This document shows, piece after piece, positions 28,373 to 36,164 of a stretch of DNA of 64,000 bases. The notes beneath the pieces are model-generated. The model was not told where the DNA came from and searched no databases. It saw only the letters and a program-made list of their open reading frames with translations. The stretch's first letter is position 1. Every line of letters starts with the position of its first letter. The position numbers were made by a program, and so were the translations under genes. Origin of the DNA: a bacterium (GTDB taxonomy: Bacteria > SAR324 > NAC60-12); the NCBI GenBank assembly GCA_965209155.1, contig OZ242383.1, positions 2,976,001 to 3,040,000 of the forward strand. The letters are read 5' to 3'.

Positions 28373-29938
28373 ATGCGATCCTGTTTACTTTTATGGGTAG
28401 CCTGGACAACCTGGATCGTCACTGTTTATGCTTTTGAACATGAGCATTCTCCCGTTCAGTTTTTGGAATACAACCCCAGCGTCATTGAAAATCACAAATC
28501 CCGGAATAAACCGTTTTATCTGCTATTTTCAGCGCAATGGTGTCATTGGTGTAAAATTTTTGCCAGCAAGACATTGGTGGATCCTGAAGTGTACACCTTT
28601 CTCAATGAAAATTTTGTAAGCATCTTCATCGATGCCGACATCCACCCAACCGTCTTTCAAAAATTCAAAGCCACAGGCTGGCCCTATACGGTTTTTTTGA
28701 ATCCCGATACCAGGGTCCACTACCAATACGCGGGGACTGTTTATCCCCGTGATTTCGTTAAAGTATTGTATGAAGTGAAAAAAAATATCGACGAGAGACG
28801 GGCCATTCCCGGATTTGAATCGATGGCTTATGAATATGATCCACCAAAAGAACTGGCAAAAGACAGAGTTCAGTCATTCCAAGACTTGTTTTTGCAAACG
28901 GTTCGGGAGAATTTTGATCTGAGCGAAGGCGGAATCGGAAGAGAGGCAAAGGCCATTTTCCCCCATACTCTTATCTACCTGTTGGACGAAACTGATGTGG
29001 AAAACCGGGCTGAGGTTTTACAGTCGATTCATTTGACTTTGAAAAAAGCTATCCTTCACATCTATGATCCCATTGAAGGAGGATTTTTTCGTTATGCGGA
29101 GAAACGGAAGTGGCAAATCCCACATTATGAAAAAATGGCTGATTTGAATGCGGGCAACATATTGCTCCTCTACAGAATGGCTCGTGAAACCAACGATGCG
29201 GAATTGAAGGAAGTCGCAGACCAGACTTTGCAATATTTAACCACAACGCTCTTTGATTTCCAGACCGGTATCTTTTTGAGCTTCCAGGAAGCCGATACAG
29301 AGTACTATTACTTTGATGCCAGGCAACGAAAAACCATCAAACCTCCCCTGGTCATTCAAAAAGCCTTTATCAACCGTGTGGCTCCTGCACTCGACTACCT
29401 GATCGACGTTCTGGAATATACGGGTGAGTTTGCTCTAGAGCAAAAAATTAAACAATCCCTGAATTTTCTCGCATCGATGATCTGGCAAAAAGAACAAATT
29501 CCCCATTATTATTCGGTCTCCGAGAATCAATGGAAGGGTGAAAGTCGCCTTCCGAATTTTGCTCACCTGGCGTATCTATTTCAGAAAGCGGCCACTCGTT
29601 TTGACAATCCTTATTATGAAGAAACGGCTTTGAAAGTTTTAGAATTGACTAAGAAACGATTTTTTAACCGGGATCTGCGGATTTTTACTGATAATTATTC
29701 CCAGGATTGGAACGATATTGAATATCATATGGAATTGAATGGTATTCTGGCTCAAATACTGCTACAAACCCAAACGGTCAGTCACAGGCGAGCTGCCGTA
29801 GGGATGCTGAGATATTTTCTTGCCATGGATGAATATCTCGAAGAGCAAGCCTGGGATGCTCGTGACTGGGAATTTTTAGAACGCTATGTTCCATATCTGA
29901 AAGCACTCGATTTGTATGATGAAAAAGTGGTAAATTGA
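28373..29938 (+). CDS. Secreted YyaL/SPATA20-like protein (DUF255 thioredoxin domain plus alpha-helical domain)
   Basis: Signal peptide; SAQWCHWC, GWPYTVFL, IYDPIEGGFFRYA...W.IPHYEKM. Confidence 0.85.
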   Translation: MRSCLLLWVAWTTWIVTVYAFEHEHSPVQFLEYNPSVIENHKSRNKPFYLLFSAQWCHWCKIFASKTLVDPEVYTFLNENFVSIFIDADIHPTVFQKFKATGWPYTVFLNPDTRVHYQYAGTVYPRDFVKVLYEVKKNIDERRAIPGFESMAYEYDPPKELAKDRVQSFQDLFLQTVRENFDLSEGGIGREAKAIFPHTLIYLLDETDVENRAEVLQSIHLTLKKAILHIYDPIEGGFFRYAEKRKWQIPHYEKMADLNAGNILLLYRMARETNDAELKEVADQTLQYLTTTLFDFQTGIFLSFQEADTEYYYFDARQRKTIKPPLVIQKAFINRVAPALDYLIDVLEYTGEFALEQKIKQSLNFLASMIWQKEQIPHYYSVSENQWKGESRLPNFAHLAYLFQKAATRFDNPYYEETALKVLELTKKRFFNRDLRIFTDNYSQDWNDIEYHMELNGILAQILLQTQTVSHRRAAVGMLRYFLAMDEYLEEQAWDARDWEFLERYVPYLKALDLYDEKVVN

Positions 29939-30009
29939 AGATTGCAAGGATTCCATTTCCCGGGTTGAAATTTTTTCAAAATGCGAGATTGCAATAAGTA
30001 AAAAATATT

Positions 30010-30038
30010 TTGACATTTCGGTTTTCATTCAATAAAGT
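30010..30038 (+). promoter_or_regulatory. Putative sigma70 promoter of the Mo-enzyme operon
   Basis: TTGACA-N17-TAAAGT. Confidence 0.55.
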
Positions 30039-30231
30039 GTTAGATCGAAAACCTTATCAGATCCGCATTCATCTGCGATTAAAGGTTTCAGTCGTAAGGA
30101 TTTGATGACTGACTGCGTATTTTTGTCCTGCATTTGATTTTTCAACTTCGATGCGCATCGAGGCGGGCTATAAATTTCGTGGCAATCTGTAAAAATCTTC
30201 ATTTTACGAGACATCATTTGAGGAGATATGA

Positions 30232-31086
30232 ATGAAATATGTAGCACCACAATCAGTCGAGGAAGCGCTTGCTCTTCTTGGCAATGAACCCGATTATTAT
30301 GTGTTCGCCGGAGCAACAGATATCGTTCCCCAGATGCGGGCGGGACGACCCGACCCGAAACTGATGGTAGACTTGAAAAGCATTCCGGGATTAATTGGTA
30401 TGGAATGCGAAAATGGTACATGGACTATAGGGGCCGCCACCCCGGTAGCCTTGATCCATGAAAACGCGAACTTTCGGGCGGATTTCCCTGGAATCGCAGA
30501 AGCGAGTGGACTGATTGGTTCCGACCAGATCCAAAACAGGGCCAGTTGGGGAGGTAATGTCTGCAATGCTTCTCCCGGAGCTGATACCGTCCCGGCATTG
30601 ATCGTCAACGACGCTCAAGCCGTGATTGCAACCAACGGTGGTACTCGTACGATTCCGGTGTCCGAGGTTGCAACAGGGCCGGGACAGACATCACTGGCTC
30701 CTGGTGAGTTTGTCATTGAATTTAAAATCGATCGTCCGTCTTCACGTACCTCTGATGCCTATGAGCGGTTCATTCCTCGCACGGAAATGGACATTGCAGT
30801 TGTAGATGCGGCAGCGAGGATTACGCTGGACGAGAACGATCATTGCAAAGAGGCGACCATTGCTGTCGGTGCGGCAGCCCCAACCGTAGTGCGGGTCCCG
30901 GCAGCAGAAGATGCGTTGAGAGCCCAGCCGATCAATAGTCAGACCCTGGCGGCCGTCAATGCCGCCGCTAGTGCCGCAACCAGTCCAATCAACGATAAAA
31001 GAGGTACCATCGCATATCGCACTCAGGTTGCCGGAGTGCTGGCGAAACGGGTAGTCAAATTAGCAGCTGAACGTGCAAGCAAATGA
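30232..31086 (+). CDS. Xanthine dehydrogenase family FAD-binding subunit (CoxM-like)
   Basis: FAGATDIVP, IGSDQIQNRASWGGNVCNASPGAD, PINDKRGTIAYR. Confidence 0.93.
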   Translation: MKYVAPQSVEEALALLGNEPDYYVFAGATDIVPQMRAGRPDPKLMVDLKSIPGLIGMECENGTWTIGAATPVALIHENANFRADFPGIAEASGLIGSDQIQNRASWGGNVCNASPGADTVPALIVNDAQAVIATNGGTRTIPVSEVATGPGQTSLAPGEFVIEFKIDRPSSRTSDAYERFIPRTEMDIAVVDAAARITLDENDHCKEATIAVGAAAPTVVRVPAAEDALRAQPINSQTLAAVNAAASAATSPINDKRGTIAYRTQVAGVLAKRVVKLAAERASK

Positions 31087-31096
31087 GGAGAATAGT

Positions 31097-31573
31097 ATGA
31101 GTCGAACACATGTAGTATGTAATATAAATAACGACGAGGTCGAATTTCTTTGTGATGATGATGAATCATTACTCGATGCGTTACGCGATGAAGTCGGACT
31201 GACCGGAGCAAAAGAGGGATGCGGTACCGGAGATTGTGGTGCCTGTTCCATTATGCTCAATGGACGCTTGATTTGTTCATGCCTGGCATTTGCTCCCGAA
31301 GCAAATGGGGCGACCATTGAAACGGTTGAAGGCATGGCCGATGGAGATACGCTCCATCCCCTGCAAACCGCTTTTCTCGAAGGTGCCGCTTTACAATGTG
31401 GCGTTTGCACCCCGGGATTCCTGGTTGCTGCCAAAGCATTGCTCGATCGCAATCCCGATCCGACAGAAACCGAAGTTCGTTATGCCCTGGCTGGTAATCT
31501 TTGCCGTTGTACCGGATATGACAAAATCGTGCGCTCGGTACTCGACGCCGCCGTACAAATGAAAAACGTTTAA
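31097..31573 (+). CDS. Xanthine dehydrogenase family 2x[2Fe-2S] subunit (CoxS-like)
   Basis: KEGCGTGDCGAC...SC, QCGVCTPG, GNLCRCTGY; GAGGAG RBS. Confidence 0.95.
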   Translation: MSRTHVVCNINNDEVEFLCDDDESLLDALRDEVGLTGAKEGCGTGDCGACSIMLNGRLICSCLAFAPEANGATIETVEGMADGDTLHPLQTAFLEGAALQCGVCTPGFLVAAKALLDRNPDPTETEVRYALAGNLCRCTGYDKIVRSVLDAAVQMKNV

Positions 31574-31590
31574 TAGAAAGGGTAAATAAA

Positions 31591-33843
31591 ATGACTATTG
31601 CCAATGAAACTTCTGAAACCAAAACTCCCTATAAGTGGATAGGTACCCGACCTGTGAGACACGATGGGTTAGAGAAAGTGACCGGCCGTGCCCGTTTTGC
31701 TGCGGATTTGATCATGCCCAGGATGATCTATGGCCATGTCTTACGCTCTCCTCATGCCCATGCGCGCATCCTTTCGATCGATACGACGGAAGCGGAAGGC
31801 ATGCCTGGTGTAAGAGCTATCGTCACAGGCAAGGATTTCCCGGATCCCGATCCTTCGGATGTTGTATCACGTAATTTAATGGCACGTGATAAGGTGCGCT
31901 ATGAAGGGCAGGTTGTGGCTGCCGTGGCCGCAAACACTCGTCGTCAGGCAAAAGCTGCCGCGGAGAAGATCGTAGTCGAATATGAGGTAATTCCTCATGC
32001 GCTCACAGTGGATGAGGCCATGGCTGAGAACGCGCCGTTGATTCATGAAGATTTGATTACCAGGGGCATCGACCCGCGTCCCAGCAAGCCCTCGAACGTT
32101 GCCAACCGGTCTCATTATGAGCGTGGTGACCTCGAAGCAGGATTTGCGGAGGCAGACGTAGTCTTCGAGCACGAGTTCACCACCAAGGTTGTTCACCAAG
32201 GTTACATCGAACCGCATGCCGCCATTGCCGATACGGGCAAGGACGGTCGCTCCACCATCTGGTGCTCTTCTCAAGGACATTTCCGGGTCCGTTCCCTGAC
32301 CGCAAAAATGTTAGGCTGGGAAACCTCACAGATCAAAGTGATCCCAGCTGAAATTGGGGGAGGATTTGGAGGCAAAACCACCATCTATCTCGAACCCCTG
32401 GCAGCGAGGCTCTCTGAAATTGCAAAACGGCCGGTAAAAATCGTCATGAGCCGTGATGAAGTCTTCCGGGCAACGGGACCGACGCCGGGTACGCGGGTTA
32501 AAGTCAAAATAGGAGCTCGCAAGGACGGGACGCTCGTGGCTGGCAAAGCATGGCTTGCTTATGAAAGTGGGGCCTTCCCCGGAATCTGGGGAATGCTGGG
32601 CGCCTGGTGCGTCTTTGCGCCTTACAAAATCCCAAACTTCAAAATCGAAGCCTTCGAGGTGGTGGTCAACAAACCGGTTAACATAGCCTATCGAGCACCG
32701 TCAGCACCTATGGCTGCCTATGCCACGGAAACAATTCTTGACCAGGTCGCACGCGAAATCAAAATGGATCCAATCGACTTGCGTTTGCTCAATGCGGCAG
32801 AGGAAGGCCATCAAAGGCCTGAAGGTCCGATATACGGACCGATTGGGCTCAAGGCCACCCTGGAAGCCATTCGCGACCATCCTCATTATAAAGCGCCCCT
32901 GGGTCCCAACCAGGGACGTGGAGTAGCCACAGGGTTCTGGTTCAATATTGCTGAATCCTCCAGCGCCACAGTGAATCTTACCGAAAACGGCACTGCAGTC
33001 GTGGTAACCGGTAGTCCGGATATTGGAGGGAGTCGTGCATCGATGGCGCTCTTTGCGGCCGAAGAACTTGGTATTGACGTCAATTTGATTCAACCCGTGG
33101 TAGGTGATACCGAAGCCGTTGGATTCACTGACGTGACAGAGGGAAGTCGAGCTACCTTCGCCACCGGTTGGGCCGTTGTGGAAGCATGTCGTAAACTCGT
33201 TGTTCAACTGCGAGAACGTGCGGCTATCATGTGGGAATGCAACGTGGACGAAGTCGAATGGATCGATGGCAGCGCCCATCACACTGGCAAAAATGAACCC
33301 CCGCTCTCCCTGGCTGAGATCACTGGAGCAGCGAAACAAACCGGGGGGCCGCTCACGGCAACCGGTTCTCTCGAAGCCAAAGGCCAAGGTCCCGCATTTT
33401 CCTCTCAGGTTTGTGACCTCGAAGTCGATCCTGAAACAGGCAGAGTCACGATTTTGAGGTACACCACGGCTCAGGATGCCGGTACGGCAATTCATCCCAG
33501 CTATGTTGAAGGTCAAATGCAAGGAGGGGTCGCGCAGGCAATTGGTTGGGCGCTCAATGAGGAGTACATTCACGATTCCAAAGGTGTTATGGAAAATCCC
33601 AGTTTCCTGGATTATCGTATTCCTGTAGCTTCGGACCTTCCCATGATCGAAACCATCATTGTGGAAGTTCCCAATCCCAATCATCCATATGGAGTCCGAG
33701 GCGTAGGCGAAGTGGGCATCGTGCCTCCGATTCCTGCCATTGCGAACGCCATCAATGACGCGGTTGGAGTACGCTTGCGAGATCTTCCCATGTCACCGGT
33801 TGCGGTTCTCGATGCGTTGAATAAACACAACGGTACTGGCTGA
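31591..33843 (+). CDS. Xanthine dehydrogenase family molybdopterin-binding subunit
   Basis: KVTGRARF, RSPHAHA, HQGYIEPH, GGGFGGK, AYRAPSAP, EGQMQGG, GVGE. Confidence 0.95.
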   Translation: MTIANETSETKTPYKWIGTRPVRHDGLEKVTGRARFAADLIMPRMIYGHVLRSPHAHARILSIDTTEAEGMPGVRAIVTGKDFPDPDPSDVVSRNLMARDKVRYEGQVVAAVAANTRRQAKAAAEKIVVEYEVIPHALTVDEAMAENAPLIHEDLITRGIDPRPSKPSNVANRSHYERGDLEAGFAEADVVFEHEFTTKVVHQGYIEPHAAIADTGKDGRSTIWCSSQGHFRVRSLTAKMLGWETSQIKVIPAEIGGGFGGKTTIYLEPLAARLSEIAKRPVKIVMSRDEVFRATGPTPGTRVKVKIGARKDGTLVAGKAWLAYESGAFPGIWGMLGAWCVFAPYKIPNFKIEAFEVVVNKPVNIAYRAPSAPMAAYATETILDQVAREIKMDPIDLRLLNAAEEGHQRPEGPIYGPIGLKATLEAIRDHPHYKAPLGPNQGRGVATGFWFNIAESSSATVNLTENGTAVVVTGSPDIGGSRASMALFAAEELGIDVNLIQPVVGDTEAVGFTDVTEGSRATFATGWAVVEACRKLVVQLRERAAIMWECNVDEVEWIDGSAHHTGKNEPPLSLAEITGAAKQTGGPLTATGSLEAKGQGPAFSSQVCDLEVDPETGRVTILRYTTAQDAGTAIHPSYVEGQMQGGVAQAIGWALNEEYIHDSKGVMENPSFLDYRIPVASDLPMIETIIVEVPNPNHPYGVRGVGEVGIVPPIPAIANAINDAVGVRLRDLPMSPVAVLDALNKHNGTG

Positions 33844-34088
33844 TGGCTCGAGTCATTCTCGCAACAAACCTGCAATCCTTCACCGACGGGGTCGAAGTAG
33901 TCGATGTGGAAGCCTCTTCGGTGAAGTCGCTTGTGAAAGAACTCGACCGGCGCTACCCCGGTATCGCTGATGCGCTCAAATCCGGCTTCGCTGTTGCCAT
34001 CAATGGCGAAGTCGTTGCCCATCCCACCTATGAACAGATCCCTGAAGGTGCTGAAGTTCATGTACTTTCCGCAATTCAGGGCGGCTGA
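33843..34088 (+). CDS. MoaD/ThiS family sulfur carrier
   Basis: Ubiquitin-like fold, VAINGE, C-terminal AIQGG. Confidence 0.9.
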   Translation: MARVILATNLQSFTDGVEVVDVEASSVKSLVKELDRRYPGIADALKSGFAVAINGEVVAHPTYEQIPEGAEVHVLSAIQGG

Positions 34089-34106
34089 CTGTTCCTGGGT
34101 CTGTTT

Positions 34107-34535
34107 TCAAGCTGAAAGATTGCCCCAACTGACAACCTTCGACACCCTGATTGCAATGACAGGAAGAGGGTGCAGCAGCATGGCATTATACTGGGGATAT
34201 CTCTGTTTCAGTAAGTTCTGCGCGTGATCATGCTCTGCACCGGCATTGAGGATCTCTGCGCATCCTTGCAACATCACCCATCCCAATTGTGACCAGTCCT
34301 TATTATTATAGAGGTCCGCAACCAGAGCAACTTGTGGATTCTCCAAAATATTACGGATTCGTTTGGGCATTCGGTTTATGTTTCGCTTCGGTTTTTCATC
34401 GACCGTGATGTAAACCATGTCTCCATGCAGGGTAAAACAAACAGGAACGACATGCGGCTGGCATTTTGCGTTTGCTGTCGCCAAATGGGCAACTTTCCGG
34501 CTTCTGAGAAATCGAGATTCTTTTTCACTGAGCAT
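34107..34535 (-). CDS. PPOX-class putative F420-dependent oxidoreductase (Rv0121-like)
   Basis: VAHLATA...PHVVPVCF, VDEKPK, RIRNILENPQVALVAD.Y...DWSQLGWV. Confidence 0.85.
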   Translation of the reverse strand: MLSEKESRFLRSRKVAHLATANAKCQPHVVPVCFTLHGDMVYITVDEKPKRNINRMPKRIRNILENPQVALVADLYNNKDWSQLGWVMLQGCAEILNAGAEHDHAQNLLKQRYPQYNAMLLHPLPVIAIRVSKVVSWGNLSA

Positions 34536-34646
34536 TGAATGTTTATGAATTGAAGAATTGATAGTGGATTATTTCAGTCGCTTGTGAGAAAAAAGAAATG
34601 GTACTTCACGCAATTTTAAATCATCCAATCATCAAAAGGAGAGAAG

Positions 34647-35120
34647 ATGTTAGATGCTTTTATGACCGGACTGCTTCAGATAGTCGTTTATTTCAGTATT
34701 GGATTGATCGCCCTCATGTTGGGACGGAAGTTCTTTGATTGGATTACATCTTATGATTTGACCCACGAAACCTCGGAAAAGGACAATCGCGCGGTTTCCT
34801 GCGCGGAAGCCGGATTTTATATCGGAATCTCCATAATTATCCATGCGTCTGTCGCTGGTGAAGTCAATTATGCCTTGTTCCCGTTTCTGGAAGGAGAATC
34901 ACCCAGCATCTGGGCTATTTTAGCTGCTGAATTGATCACAACATTTCTTTATTTTTTAGCAGGGATTATTTGTCTGGGATTGGGACGCAAGGGACTACAC
35001 AAAATCATTCCCTATGATATGGATAAAGAGATGGTGGAAGACCGCAATGTCGGGGTAGGTTTATTGGAAGCGGGCTTTTATGTTTCGTCGGCGATTATCA
35101 TACATGGAATACTGATTTGA
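34647..35120 (+). CDS. DUF350-like membrane protein
   Basis: Internal repeat FDWITSYDL.HE..EKDN.AV / IIPYDMDKEMVEDRNVGVG; AAGGAG RBS. Confidence 0.75.
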   Translation: MLDAFMTGLLQIVVYFSIGLIALMLGRKFFDWITSYDLTHETSEKDNRAVSCAEAGFYIGISIIIHASVAGEVNYALFPFLEGESPSIWAILAAELITTFLYFLAGIICLGLGRKGLHKIIPYDMDKEMVEDRNVGVGLLEAGFYVSSAIIIHGILI

Positions 35121-35140
35121 GGGGTGAAGTGGGAACCCTT

Positions 35141-35380
35141 TCAATTCTTTTGAATGAAAAAAATATGAGCGTTATCTTCCACCTCGGTTTTCAGGATTGA
35201 ATTTCCGGTACGAATACCCCAGTTTTTGACATCGTTGATAAAACCGGGGTCTGTCGACACCATTTTCAGCACTTGTCCGGGGGATAACCTGGATAGAGCC
35301 TTTTTCGTTTGCAGCGCAGGCATCGGACAACTGAGGTTTCGGCAGTCTAAATATTGATCAAAGTTCATTTCTTGGTTCAT
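35141..35380 (-). CDS. tusA: TusA/SirA family sulfurtransferase
   Basis: LDCRNLSCPMP (CPxP), STDPG...DV..W; GAGGAG RBS before ATG 35380. Confidence 0.9.
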   Translation of the reverse strand: MNQEMNFDQYLDCRNLSCPMPALQTKKALSRLSPGQVLKMVSTDPGFINDVKNWGIRTGNSILKTEVEDNAHIFFIQKN

Positions 35381-35428
35381 TGCCTGTTCTCCTCGATTAT
35401 TGGATGCCCGCATTCCAGATCAACGGGT

Positions 35429-36151
35429 TCATAGATTGATATGTAATCCACATTCTGTTTTATCATACTGGTTCCACCGGTCTTCTCGTCCATTGATTCC
35501 CACCCCTTTTGTACAGGGAACGCATCCCAGGCTTTGGTCTTTCCCGGGAATATGGAGAGGATGGATGGGGATCGACTTTTTTCGCATATAGTCGAATATC
35601 TCGTCAGTTGTCCAGTCCAGGAAAGGATGGAGTTTATATATTCCCTTTTTGGTCAGGACGGCTTTCGCGAAATTGTTTCTTTGATTGGTTTGGTCTCTGC
35701 GTACCGCAGAAATCCATGCGCGAACGCCATGCTGGTTGATATAGTCTTCCAGGGGTTGGATCTTGTTCAAGGCACAGCAGAAATCGGGATTGAACAAGTA
35801 TTTAGCACCATGTTTATGCAAAAAATCCTCTCTTGTCAGTCTCGGCAATGCTTCTACAAAGTCCAGATTCTGGTAAGTCGCTTTCAAGGTCTCAAAGTAG
35901 TCCAGAGTTTCTTCAAATAAGAAGCCCGTGTTGACAAAGACAACACGGATGGGCAATTCGAGCTCGGATAAAAAATGAATCAACACTCCCGAGGTGATAC
36001 CACAGGAGGTTGTAGCGATCAATTTGTCACCAAAAAGGTCATAGGTTTCCCGAATAAATTCAGCCGTATCCAGGTGATCGAGTTTGCGCAATACTGCCTG
36101 AATTTCATGAAAGTGTTCACCAAACGGTATTTTATTTGACATGATCATCAC
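35429..36151 (-). CDS. cysH: APS/PAPS reductase (CysH), [4Fe-4S] APS-reductase type
   Basis: NTGFLFEET, CC..NK..P, RRDQ, SLGCVPCT, C-terminal ECGLH. Confidence 0.9.
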   Translation of the reverse strand: MMIMSNKIPFGEHFHEIQAVLRKLDHLDTAEFIRETYDLFGDKLIATTSCGITSGVLIHFLSELELPIRVVFVNTGFLFEETLDYFETLKATYQNLDFVEALPRLTREDFLHKHGAKYLFNPDFCCALNKIQPLEDYINQHGVRAWISAVRRDQTNQRNNFAKAVLTKKGIYKLHPFLDWTTDEIFDYMRKKSIPIHPLHIPGKDQSLGCVPCTKGVGINGREDRWNQYDKTECGLHINL

Positions 36152-36164
36152 ATTTATTTAGGCG

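Noticed and set aside
31591..33843. Aerobic CO dehydrogenase (coxMSL)
   Set aside because: The gene order fits, but the active-site loop is AYRAPSAP rather than AYxCSFR, and no coxDEFG genes are present.
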